Of a DNA stretch of 64,000 bases, positions 25,116-36,849 are shown one piece after another. How positions within the stretch are numbered: the first letter of the stretch is position 1; the number at the start of each line of letters is the position of its first letter. A program made the translations under genes and the position numbers. Origin of the DNA: Podospora anserina (lineage: Eukaryota); the NCBI GenBank assembly GCA_017654855.1, contig CM030332.1, forward strand, positions 4,650,001 through 4,714,000, given 5' to 3'. Under the pieces are notes generated by a model, which saw only the letters and a program-made list of their open reading frames with translations, ran no database searches and was not told where the DNA came from.

Positions 25116-25810
25116 GTTGGGTCTTGGTTGCTATCTATTCATGAAAGAGGGTTATAAACTTGGTGTTCTGGAGGCTTCACTGTTGATACACATTACATGT
25201 TCAAGTCGATATCACGATATCACTCATGGGGATGGCAGCGATTCCAGCTGGTTGAATATATCTCTCGGCTTTTGATTTGAATATTATGATATATCCCAAT
25301 TTGTAGACAGACTGTCATGAGAAATTGTAAATCACAAACAATCCTTGATTGATAGAAACGGGCTAGCAGTCCTGTCCATTATTGAGAGCTCTTGAGTTAC
25401 AATACCTCTGTCGATATCACTCAATGAATGAACCACCATATCAAACTGCTCCCGCGAGCCACGTGTCAAGGCTTGTGTGGCCACTGTCATTAAGGCTGGC
25501 AACTCAATCAAGATTCTAGATCATGTTATGCTTGCTGGTGGTTCAGCTGAGGGGAATGCAGTGTCAAGTTGGACAAGCCATCGCAGCTGGCCGTACATAG
25601 TTGGTCACAAAAAGGGGTCTAAAAACAAGCCAGCTCAGTTACACTGCCACACACCATCATTACTACCCCGTCCGTCCATAATTAGTAGCATAAAGATAAT
25701 CCCAAAAAGTGCCCTGAGCCCACAGTATCAACATTTCCCAGAACAAGTACGAAAATAGACACAAAAGCCCAAGCTGAGACCACCACATCCCCTGATTATT
25801 CTCCCCTCGC

Positions 25811-28389
25811 TCACCTAGCCGGCAACTCAATGGTGCCATTCACAACATTGACAACACCGCCACCTCGTTGAAAATGATTAGCGTTCCCTCCCCTGAGGGG
25901 ATACTGCCCCCCTATCGCCCCCTCCATCACCGCTTCGTTCCCATCCGAGTGTTTCCTCCCCTTCCCAACCCGAAACCGAACCTTGTCCCTCATCACCGCC
26001 CACTTATTCCTCACCCCAAAAACCTGGCCCTCCGCAACCGCACCCGGATACCCCCCTCCCAATTCTTCCAGACTTTTTGTCTCTAGTCTCCTCTTCAGCT
26101 CCCCGTCTGGGGTGCTGTCATGGACGACCCGCTGCACATCAGGCAGATACGCCCATGAATAGAGCGCTCCCAAGGCCATAAAGGTTGCAAACAGCAAAAA
26201 GACAAGCCCTTGTCTCGTTGTGGATTTGTAGCCCGCGTTGATGCCGTACACGATGAGCACCGCGACGATGGAGCCGACCTTTCCTGCTGCGGCTGAAATT
26301 CCGTGACTTTTGGACACCATACTGTCAGATTTACCTACCCACTGGGTTGAAAGTGAAGTTGAAGAAAAACTTACCAAGTACACCGATAACACGTCGGGAA
26401 AATTTCGGCCGGGATGATAAAGGTAAGTGTATTCGCCCCTAAACCGGTCAGTCTCTCTCTCTCCCCCTCTGTCTCTCTGTCTCTCTGTCTGTCTGCCCCA
26501 CAAATAGCTAAAAAAAAACATGGACGAAGAAGAAGGGGGACTCACCAAAATTAAACATGAAATGACAAATCGCCACGCACACCACCGTCCCCCAACTCCT
26601 CTTCGTGTGCGCCACCCCATAGTACAGTCCCCCCGTCACCAGGAACAACACCGTCAGCACCCCAAAGCTAGCCGTCAACCACTCCCTCCTCGGTATCCTG
26701 TTCGCAAACACGACAAAGCACGCGCTCCCCGCTATCGAAGCGAGGGACACAGTTAACAGATACTGCTTCGTCTGCTCGATCAACGTCTCATAGATAGTAT
26801 TGCACGGCTTTGTGGCGTCCGTCTGCCAGGTGGGCAGCCCGCTCCCGGCAGCCCAGGATGGCACGGCTGACCCGGGTGTGTTCCAACATTCGAGATCAGC
26901 GGTGATGCTCACCGCGTCGGTGGTGGCCCAGAGGTCAGACAGCGTGCCGCGGTTGTCGAGCGAGAAGCCATAGAACGAAACGTCGAGGTAGAACCACGCC
27001 ATGGAGGTTCCCAGGAGGTAGTACCAGTTCTTGTCGCGGATGAAAAAGTTGTAGAGGTCCGACATGGAGAACTGCAGAGAGGTGGCGGGTTCATCGGGCT
27101 CTGGCGGACTGGCGGGGAGGGTCAAGGTGCCACCCCCGTTGGCAATTGTCTGAACCGTGTGGCCGTTGGAAGAGGGGAAGCCGTTGCTGTTGTTCTCGTT
27201 CCCGGGGGCTCCGTAGACCCGTTGGGTGTCCCTGAAGGCGTTGCCGGGCTTGTTTTTTACTTCGAGGGTGTACAGCCCGCAATCGTACAGAAAGAAGCGG
27301 AAGATGATGGCCAAGATGGCGGGGACGGCGCCAGATCCGATAACTATACGCCAGATGCCATCGATTATTCTCTTGCACTCTTCTTCGTTGCGGGTATCGA
27401 TTCCGCATTGCAGTTCGTGCAGCCTGTGGGCTCTGTTCTCGCCCAACAGGACGAACAATCCCACCAGCTGGGCTAGAGCCTGGCCGACCGGTTGCATGAG
27501 AAATACCGACGACAGCATTGTTGCTCTTGAGGAGGTGCTTGACCATTCTGATGTTATCACTGCCGACAAGGGGTATTCGGCACCGATGCCTGGGAACGAG
27601 GTTAGAAAGCAGGTGTGGTTCAGGGGGTGTCTGGGGCATCTTACCAATACCCATCACGAACCGCCACTACACACACACTTGCATTAGAGTTATTCAGCTT
27701 ATCCAGAGCGACGGTTGCTTCAACTTACAAAAGTAAACAAAGCCAGAAACGAAATATCCCCATAACCTGTGCTCGTTGTGGCGACCCCTATAGTCGAGAC
27801 GATCACGAGCACAAGCTCAATTCCGTACAATCTCGTCCTCCCATATTTATCGGCAAGATAGCCGAACAACAGTTGACCGACCACAGACCTAATTACAAGA
27901 CATGTAAGCAAACGCGAGCGTGTTATCACACAGTCAAAATCATTTACCCAAGCAGCGTGAAAAAGTTGATGATCAACCCACACCATCTCTCATGAGGAAA
28001 GTACACAAACGACAGGGAGGCGAGAATGACATTGGTCGCGAAGAGGTTGTATCTAAATTGCCACAAAAAAATGTTAGAAAAATCGGCGGCGCGTCGTGGG
28101 TGAGAGATGAGCGAGTGTAAGACGCACGAATCAGTAAGAAAACCCGAAGCTGCCACCCCCCAGATCCGAAGATTCCACGAGTTCAAATCCAATTCATACC
28201 GAAGCTGCTGGCGATCCTGTGTGGGGGGAGAGTTGTTTACAGTTGTCAGCCCATGGTCATGTTCATGGCCCAAAACATACAGGAAAAAGTTCCCACCTGA
28301 AGGTCTTGTGGCGGCAGCCCTGAGCTGTCCTCACCCAGATACCCTCTGTTCCTCTTCCGTTCGGGATCGGGATACATACGGCCAGTCAT
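25811..28389 (-). CDS. MFS phosphate:H+ symporter-like transporter (Pho84 family); 8 exons including a 22-nt microexon
   Basis: GFLTDSYNLF, GQLLFGYLADKYGR, WRFVMGIGIGAEYPLSAVITSE, FNFGANTLTFIIPAEIFPT..HGISAAAGKVG. Start MTGRMYPDP at 28389 is inferred. Confidence 0.85.
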
Positions 28390-29274
28390 CGGGACAAGTG
28401 TGCTCGAGGCTCAAGAACACTTTTTCTCGCCGCTAGTCGCTCATGGTGTTGAGAAAGCGATAAAGATGAGGGACTGGGGCAGCAGACAGCAAGCATCTGT
28501 CCATGATAAAAACTGAAGCTTGGCTAACATGGTCGTTTCAAAATCGGGATGGCGTCCCAGGTGTGTCAATTACTACCAGGCTTCTTCTAGCCTCAGACAT
28601 AAGGGGGTACGTATTCCATCAACCCAGCCCAACCCGGAGGAGTGTGGGTGGTGATTAATTACTAACTGAGCAGGTGGGGAAGGGGAAGCTGAAGTGAACT
28701 GAGGCTTGGCCTCTTCCAGACCCCTGGACTCCTTCCGACCCCCAACTACAGCAACTGCAGAGGGAGAAAGGACTCTTCACCCCGCATGCTATGTAGGTGG
28801 CTTGACCAGGCTACAGTGTTGTTCAGAGGGATGGCTATCTACAGGTTCGGCGCCCGGTCTGGAAAGCCAGTTCTGCCGGTATTGTCGTTCGGTGTGAGGA
28901 AAGAACATGAGAAAGTGAGGTGGTTGATGGCATGTTGGGTGTGACAGCGGCATGTCTTTCGCCAAGCGATTTCGACAAGCGGGATGTGAACTTGGCACAC
29001 ATGAGGGATTGGCCTGCAAACACACCAATGGCATCTCTTAAACAGAGCTCGCAGTGCCCTTCGGAAGCCCCATTGGCTGAGTCAATTCAATGACACTGTG
29101 GGGCATCGGACTTCTCAGGATGCATAGCATGATGGTAGAGAACTGGTAGATTTATGGGTATTGTACTGTGTCTCAAGGCTCTACGTAAATTAGTTGACAA
29201 AATCAAGTCGCTGTTCAAGTTGCTCTTTCGCACTGTAGCCGTCGACACCTAGCGATAAATTCAGAGTATCGTCG

Positions 29275-30291
29275 TTACCTGACTTCGAACCTTGCGGCGT
29301 TGGTGCCGCGATAGGTATTTCTAGGCGCCAAAAACTGTTGCTGCTGCTGTTGCTGTTGTGGCTGTGTTGTGCTGTGAATCTGGTGTTGCTGTTGTTGCTG
29401 AGGTGGGAGTGGGTGCTGATACTGATGGTGAAGCTGGTGATGTGGTTGTGTGTGTTGTTGCCGAGGCTGTTGTTGCGGTCGTTGTTGCAGTTGTGGCAGC
29501 GGCTGTTGCTGACTGTTTTGCGGTTGGACAGCTTGCTGTTGAGCATCCCCTTGGAGCTGGAAAGGCGAGTCTTGTCGAAGAGGCGACACACCCATAGAAC
29601 CAGACTCGCTGCTTGACTTGTCATCGGTTGCGGTGAAGGGGCCAACACTCTGTTCATGCGCCTGTTCTTGACGTTGCTCATCGGCCTGCGTTTGCTGTTG
29701 AATCTCAGACGCGATGGAACGCCCCTCAGCTTCTCGCTCCTTCCTCGATTTGATGCGAGCACACCGGCCTATTCTTCTCATGGTCCCATAGGCCTTTTTG
29801 AGCTTTCTGCTGATGGTCGGGAGACTGACTTCGAGGCCAGTTGTTGTCTTCAGATACAACTGCATGTCATCAAGAAGGGCATCTGGATGGTCTTTGTGCC
29901 AAGCCAACAGCTTCTAGAATTGCCTGTTAGGAACGATGGTGGAGACAATCAGGCATGGGACTGTTCATCATACCTCGAGGTGGTGCTCCTTGAACTTCTC
30001 AGCATTTTTGCTGACATCCTTGTGTTTGGCCAACTGGCCAGTTTGGATATATTCAGCTCGACGACGACGCACCGTCCGCTCATCCACACCCATCACCCAC
30101 GCGATCTCATGGTTGGTGAGTTTGGATATCTGGAGGAGCTTGGTAAGGATGGCTCGATGGTCATCGCTGTTGACAGACACGTCAGCAACTCCAAACGAGA
30201 AGTCACGCGATATCAGAGTTTGTAGGGGCACAGGGGAAGAGAAAGGAAGTCCAGGTAAAGTGCGGTCCTACGAGATTCTTTTGCCAGTCAT
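29275..30291 (-). CDS. About 283-aa protein with IS630/Tc1-transposase-like tandem HTH domains and a Gln/His-rich tail; introns 30271-30167 and 29973-29914
   Basis: Spliced: MTGKRISDDHRAILTKLLQISKLTNHEIAWVMGVDERTVRRRRAEY..KLLAWHKDHPDALLDDMQLYLKTTTGLEVSLPTISRKLKK. Canonical splice signals keep frame. The 3' end may include a further intron. Confidence 0.7.
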
Positions 30292-31409
30292 TGCGATGAA
30301 ACAACGGGGGATGGGGCTACTGTTTGATGTCTTTTTCAAATGGGTTGCCGATTGAATGTCGTTATGGCCCCAGGCTCAACTCCAGCAAAAAACTGAGTGG
30401 GCACCGGTCCTGCACCCCGGGCGTTAAACGGTCTTGGCTCTCTATGCAGGTATGTACAGAGGGTTAGGGTTGTGCTCCGACAGCCCTCTGGTTTCAACCT
30501 TTGGTCCCTTGCAGCTCTCTTGATGAATCCCAGGTGGATCATCACAACACACTATCAACCTCGTGTATAAGAAGTAGCAAGGGTACTCGATGGCAGCTGA
30601 CTATGTAAAGTCTGGCCTCTGTTGTTCCGGCGTGGGGGGTTGAGTTGCCATGAAGACATTCTTTTGTTTCCATCTGACTGATGCTAAATGATGCTCGTAG
30701 CCAAGGCCATCCAACGCACTTCATGCATCTTGCATATTTTAGCCACATGTTGCATCGAACAAATCCCAGGCCCGTCTGCGAGCTCGTGGGCTGGCCCCTT
30801 GCGACCACTGCTCAGCATTCTGCCGCTATCGTCCCCCAGCCCAATCAGCTTCACCCCCACCAGCAAGCAGCACTGGCAAACCCCCCCTCATTAGTTACGG
30901 ATTACCTACAAGGTGGCAGGATGGCCGGTGATATGCATGGACAGTCCCAGCCGCCGGCCTGGTTCCTGAAGCTTGAAGAACACAAGCACCGCCTAACCCC
31001 AAGTCCCCATCTTAACACTACCTACCGATAGCTCAGACGAGGTCTCAGCCGGAATCACACCCTTCCTGTCGTACACACTTCCGCGACACTCTATCCCAGG
31101 CTCCCAGGCGTTACGAGACGACAGCCTCTTACGACATCGCCGTTGATATCAACCGCCGGATGGGCCCAGGTGGAGACTCATGTACATGCAGACTGAGACA
31201 GGCCTGATCCTTTATCATCTCCAAATTCGCTGACCGAGAGACACAACCTCCCATTCGGCTCCTCAACCCGAAACTGAGAACCGGAAAACCCATCCTTGAA
31301 GCTTGTCCCCCGATCTCTGGGCATTTGTAAACCGCCCTCACGTGAGGAGACGCTTGGTTGCTCTTTGTGCAGGAAAAGCATCAATCCTGGAACAGGCGCG
31401 TCCCCTACA

Positions 31410-32993
31410 ATGGCAGGTGCCTCGGGCTCCTCCTCCTCCTTCAACTCGTCCGCCTTTGCTGGCGTTCCTCCATCCTCCCATGGCCAGCACTCCAGCCCGC
31501 TCTACTCGACCTTCACACCCACTTCCGCTGCCATCTCTGCCCTGACGGCAGAGTCGTCGTTAGCACAGAGTCCACTAGGGTCTCTAGACCTCGGGCCCCC
31601 TGGATATCACGCCACAATGTATACCAGCCACCATCACTATCTCTCCCCCCTCTGACTGTACCACCGTCCACTTACCCCTTTTCGACCCCCCAATACCACA
31701 CCCATTCTATATCGTCACAAGCAAAGCTCCGTTTCTAACCACCATCTCCTTCCCCTTCTTCCCCCCTTCTAGAAAACTCTTCGAACGCACCCCAAACGAA
31801 ACAACAATCTACCTCGGCCCTTGGGAAGTCCTCGGCCCTTCCCCCCGCCGCATAGTCTGGCAGTGCTCCTACGAAGGCGACACACTAGAACACTACCTCC
31901 CCTCCGACACGCCCTCCTCCCCACACTCGCACCCATACACCCTCCACTCCCACCACCGGCGCTACTCCTCCCCCCACGAGCTCGAGCTCTTCGTCTCCTT
32001 CCCCCTCGAGCCCCACCGCATCCGCTACATCTCCCACACAGACGGCCTCACCTGCGATGACTTTATCGAGGTCAAGTACGAGTTCACCACCTTGGAGTCC
32101 TCCCTCAATTTCCAGTCCGATCTTCGCCAGAGAGACCTAGTGGACTGGTTCGACGTCGACGTCGTCTGGTCCGACGTCCACCGCAGGACTGATTCCTACG
32201 GCAACGTCCGTGGGCTGGGAACGATTCAAAGGATGAAGCTCTGGAGGGACAGGCATTCGAGCTTTCACTATCTAAGCGTGTATGCTAACCACAGGAGGAG
32301 ATGGAAGGAGTACCTGGTTGACAACTTTGAAAGGGAGTTTCGGCAACGGGATGATCGGCATAGACGGTTACAGCTCACAGCCAAAGCCGCGGGGAGTGGG
32401 GGGCAAGGGCGGAGGGGGAGCTCGGCTTCGGGAAGTAGTGGTGAGCGACAACCGCCGCAACAGCAACCTCCTGCTCGCCGATTCTCGGCTGCGTCCTTGT
32501 TTCTGGGGTCTAGTAGGCGAGGGGGGAGCAGCAGCAACAGCAGCAGTTCTTCCCAGCAGGCTAACGGTGGTGCGGCTTCCACAGCGTCGCAGAACGATCC
32601 GGACATTCGATATCTCGGGATTCAGTTTTCGAGAAATGGTAATGTACAGCCGGGGACTGAAGGTAAATAGATATCTGCATTCATGCAGGGCGTTGGGTGT
32701 GACTGAAAAAAGGAGCAGTTGCTGACCAGATGTCTTCTTGTCAAGACTACAACAGGTTCATCGTACGGTGGGAGGCGGCCCACGATGCTGATAGCCAGTT
32801 TGAGACACCATACCCGACAGAGCCTGTCGAGCTGCAATCACCATACATAAACGGTCAAGAGGTGCCTAGGGAGTTTACGTTACCCTATGTTAACGGGGTA
32901 CACGGGATAGCAGAACTTCCTTCACCTGAGCTGCTGGGGCTTCCCCCAGTAGCGGAATCGGTTGATGAACGTGAATTTGACGGAACACAGTAG
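31410..32993 (+). CDS. Conserved-looking hypothetical protein of unknown function; introns 31619-31772 and 32663-32746
   Basis: Splicing joins a continuous frame: IKLFERTPNETTIYLGPWEV..VWQCSYEGDTLEHYLPS..FQSDLRQRDLVDWFDVDVVWSDVH..IQRMKLWRD..YLGIQFS..DYNRFIVRWE. Globular, aromatic-rich blocks. Confidence 0.75.
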
Positions 32994-33605
32994 TGTCATG
33001 GATGGTTGAAGTTTTAAAAAGCGTTGAAGATACCCTTTGAGCATCAGCAGTTTTTTGTTTTGCTACCGAGACAAATTGGAGAAGCTGAATCTTGAATAAA
33101 AGATGATGGCGCCCAGACAAGCCAAGCCGGGAGGGAGCGAAGCAGGGGTATCTCGGTTTAGGACGAACTCCGGGGCCGAGACCGTTCGGACGGCCCCACT
33201 TATGCCTGTCACGCCAAGCGGCCGGTGACAGCCCCCCACACAAACAGCCAAGTCCCGCAGACGTCATCCACGTTGTGAACCGTTGCGGTGCCTGCCAGCC
33301 CACCGCCTTGGTGTTGGGTGGACTCACCTGATATCAGACTGCCTGATTCCCGGCGACGTCCATCAATGAGAACACTTGATATATTCCTTCCAATAACATT
33401 CAGCCGTCCTTTTCCAGAGTGGCATGACACCTTCAAGCCCTTGTCTTTTGCCGTATAAATCGCACTCGTCCTTGTTGCACTTGCTTTTGTTCTCGAAGCC
33501 AGTTCTGAAATTGTATGTGTTTTCTGCCTTTTTTGACGCAATTACTGCAGCAAGTTACCGCGGAACTTGTACCATACAGTCAGCTATTTCATTAGAAACA
33601 CAACA

Positions 33606-35025
33606 ATGAAGAAGAAGATCGCCTTGTCAGTCAACGCCGGATCCTCCTCGGTGAAGGTCTCGGTGTATGATGTAGAGTTTGGTCAGGCACCAGTCCAGCT
33701 CGCAGAAGCTCAGATCAGTGGTTTGACATCACCACCCCCCACCCTCAAGTATGTCCGAGATGGGAAGACGGTCATCAAGGCCAAGGAGGTGGACGATAAC
33801 ATAGAGGGCCAGCGCGATGCCTTCTCCCTTCTGTTGGAAACTTTGGTCGAAGATGAGGACCTCCCGCAGATCAAGAGCAAGGAAGACATTGGCATCGTCT
33901 GCCATCGAATCGTCCATGGCGGCGACTACAGCAAGCCGCAACTGATATCCAATGAAACCTACGAACACCTCGAGAACCTGAACGACTTGGCTCCTCTTCA
34001 CAATGCAAACAGTCTGGGTATTGTCCAGCTTTGCATCCGTGCCTTGCCAACGGCAAACAACGTGGCCTGCTTCGACAGTCAGTTCCATTCAACCATCCCA
34101 GAGCACATTCGCACTTACCCCATCAACCGTGACATTGCTCGAAGCAATAAACTGCGGAAATACGGATTCCACGGCATAAGCTACGCCTTCATCACACGCT
34201 CAGCCGCCGAGTTTCTGGGAAAGGAGCCCGACGAGGTAAACATCATCGCCCTCCACCTCGGATCCGGAGCCAGCGCCTGTGCCATCAAAAACGGCAAAAG
34301 CTGGGACACCAGCATGGGGCTGACCCCCCTCGCCGGCCTCCCAGGCGCCACACGTAGCGGAAGTGTTGATCCCAGGTGAGCCCTTTACTTTCTTTTTCCC
34401 ATTGATGCCACGAAACGGCCCACACACCACCACCCCCAACCCATCACTAACTCTCCCCCCCTCTCTTTCCCCACGGAACAGCCTAGTATTCCACTACGCC
34501 TCCGACGTAGGCAAACTCTCCCCCGCCTCAACCTCAGACCTCCACATCTCCCGCGCCGAAGAAATCCTCAACAAAGAATCCGGCTGGAAAGCCCTCACCG
34601 GCACAACAGACTTTGGCAAAATCACCTCCTCGGCCTTTTCCTCCTCCTCCTCCTCCTCCTCCTCCTCCTCCTCCGACGACGACGACGACCACGAAGTGAT
34701 GAAGCTAGCCTTTGACCTCTTTGTGGACCGCATTTGCGGCTTCATCGGCTCGTACTACGTCTCCCTCCGCGGCAAAGTCGACGCTCTAGTCTTTGCCGGC
34801 GGCATAGGCGAGAAGAGCCCCCAGCTTCGAGCCGCGGTCGTGGACCAGATCAGTTGCTTGGGGTTTCAGATTGACGACGAGGTCAACAACAAGAACGAAA
34901 TCAGGAATGTGGTGGAGGAAGTGGGTAAAAAGGGGGGGTTGGACGAGCCGAGGGTGTTGGTTGTGCAGACGGATGAGCAGTTTGAGATGGCGAGGGCGTG
35001 TGCAGAGGATGCGGAGTTTTGGTAA
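33606..35025 (+). CDS. ack: Acetate kinase; intron 34376-34480
   Basis: LSVNAGSSSVK, HRIVHGG, LAPLHN, CFDSQFH, RKYGFHGISY, LHLGSGAS, DTSMGLTPLAG..TRSGSVDP, VFAGGIGE, TDEQ. Confidence 0.95.
34641..34689 (+). repeat. (TCC)n(GAC)n coding microsatellite in acetate kinase (poly-Ser/poly-Asp)
   Basis: Directly visible; translates SSSSSSSSSSSSDDDDD. Confidence 0.9.
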
Positions 35026-35997
35026 AGGAAAAAGATAAAATGATGATGATATGGCGTGATGATAAATGAGGGGAAGGGTAAATCCGGGGTTGGTTCTTTT
35101 TTGTTGAGAGCGGGCAGTTTGGTAGTCTGGGCTGTTTTAAAGTTTTTCTTTTTAGATACCTAGGCAGAAAACCTTATTTTTATTCCTTCTCAGTCACAAG
35201 TCGCACATGCTTCGAGACCTACCTTACCCCGTTCTGCCAACCCCTTCTGTCAGATGTCTGGCTTGAGACCAGTGTCTGACCTGAGCGTACTGCTGTCAAA
35301 GTTGACGCCCCAGGGCTTCACAACGTCGCACATGATCTTCTGGGTTATTCCCTGCCTTGGGCATCTTTGATTCAGGGTAGACGTGGGAAATCCCCGACCG
35401 GCATGCATCCTTGTCACACACAGGGAATAGCAGTAATAAACTCAGAGAAATGGTCAAAATGGGGTCAACTGCTTTCATTGCCCGGCATCTCTGCCGCAGT
35501 GGATGTGCGCAGAATACTAAATACTAACAATTCACTCCTCGCTGTCTTTTCATGTCCTCTTGTCCTCAATGACTTTGACATCCGGCTCAAAGGGTATGTA
35601 TACCTATAGGTACAACCAAGTCCTTTTGCTGAAAAAAAAAACCCATGGTGAGCCATAGATATCTCATCAAAATAGCCACCCAAAAGACCCAAAAAAAACC
35701 AAAAACCCAAAAAAAAAAACCCTGGACGCCTCCCATATATGCTGTTCCCCCATGGCCCGTGTTTCCACAAATCCCAAGGTGCTGCTCATGTGCGTGCGAC
35801 CTCTATAATGTTTCCCCGTGTATCCGGCCAGAGAAAGAAAAAAAGACAAAATACCACCACCCCAGTATTGGTATGTTTGCGCCAAGTAAAAATATCAAGA
35901 ATCAGAAGACAGGAATAAACAGCTCAGCTCAGCGCTACAAGTGCCAGCGAGCCGAGAGAATCAAATAACAATGGCCGATCATGGCCAGAAGAAAGCC

Positions 35998-36849
35998 TCA
36001 TACTTCTTGTTGGCATGCTACTGCCATAGCCAAAGCATCGAGGCCGGCTGTGGGTGTGCGTGCAATAGTGGGCCGTCCGAGAAGGGGACCGCTGAGGTCC
36101 CTCAGGTCCCACACACCTCCGGGAGAAGGTAATGGGGTGTTGTTGCTGAGTGGCACAGTAGTGCTCGACTTGGAACGGCTCGAAGACTTCCCCGACGAAG
36201 AACCTCTTCTGTCGCTGGAAGAGAGCGAAGGGCGAGACCCCGAGGACCGAGCCTTGTCCTTGTAGTGAGTCTCGAGATGCTGCTTCATGTTGTCGGCGCG
36301 AGTGAACTTCTTGGTGCAGCCAGCAAACGAGCATGGCACGGCCTTCTCAGCCGTGTGAATCTTTGAGTGCCGCGACGCATGACCAGATGTGGTGAAGGTC
36401 TTCTCGCAGCCGTGGCTGTCGCGGTAGCGGCAAGGAAAGCGCTTCCCTGGGCGTTCCGTGCTTGTAGTGTGTGCCGTCATGTCTTCCTCGTACGAGACGG
36501 CCCGGGCATCGAGAACGGTGGGGCGTTTGGAAGCGGCATAAATTTGATCAGAGTAGTAGTCGTCGTACTGGTGAACGTAAGGGTCCACGGCGGCGCCGAC
36601 ATATCGTGGGTCGTTGAGAGGAGTCATGGGAGACATGGGCTCGCTGCCCATTTGAGAGTCATACGAGTCTGATCGCAGCAGTTCAGGTGTGTTCGGTGAT
36701 GAGGAGATGCTCCGGGGACCGTGTGCGTAATAGGCAGCATAGCTGGGGTCTATCTGGTGTTGTGGGTAGTGATGTTGAGGAGCGGCTGTGTCGTCGTCGT
36801 TGAGCAGAGAGACTCGGCGCCCGGAGGCATCGCGCACATGCATGGTCAT
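35998..36849 (-). CDS. csp-1: Two-finger C2H2 transcriptional repressor, CSP-1/Nrg1-like
   Basis: FPCRYRDSHGCEKTFTTSGHASRHSKIHTAEKAVPCSFAGCTKKFTRADNMKQHLETH; N-terminal VSLLN and C-terminal GLDALAMAV short motifs. Orthology to N. crassa CSP-1 is from recall. Confidence 0.75.
   Translation of the reverse strand: MTMHVRDASGRRVSLLNDDDTAAPQHHYPQHQIDPSYAAYYAHGPRSISSSPNTPELLRSDSYDSQMGSEPMSPMTPLNDPRYVGAAVDPYVHQYDDYYSDQIYAASKRPTVLDARAVSYEEDMTAHTTSTERPGKRFPCRYRDSHGCEKTFTTSGHASRHSKIHTAEKAVPCSFAGCTKKFTRADNMKQHLETHYKDKARSSGSRPSLSSSDRRGSSSGKSSSRSKSSTTVPLSNNTPLPSPGGVWDLRDLSGPLLGRPTIARTPTAGLDALAMAVACQQEV

Noticed and set aside
28390-29190. NUC-1/Pho4 CACGTG boxes upstream of the Pho84-like gene
   Set aside because: None seen, so PHO regulation and the PHO84 symbol are not claimed.
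30460-30470. AACCCTAAC (1.5 telomere repeats, minus strand) as a telomerase RNA template
   Set aside because: It lies in a 1.1-kb divergent promoter, too short for a roughly 2-kb filamentous-fungal TER, and a 9-mer match is expected by chance. The TTAGGGTTA near 2861 is inside RIPed TE sequence.
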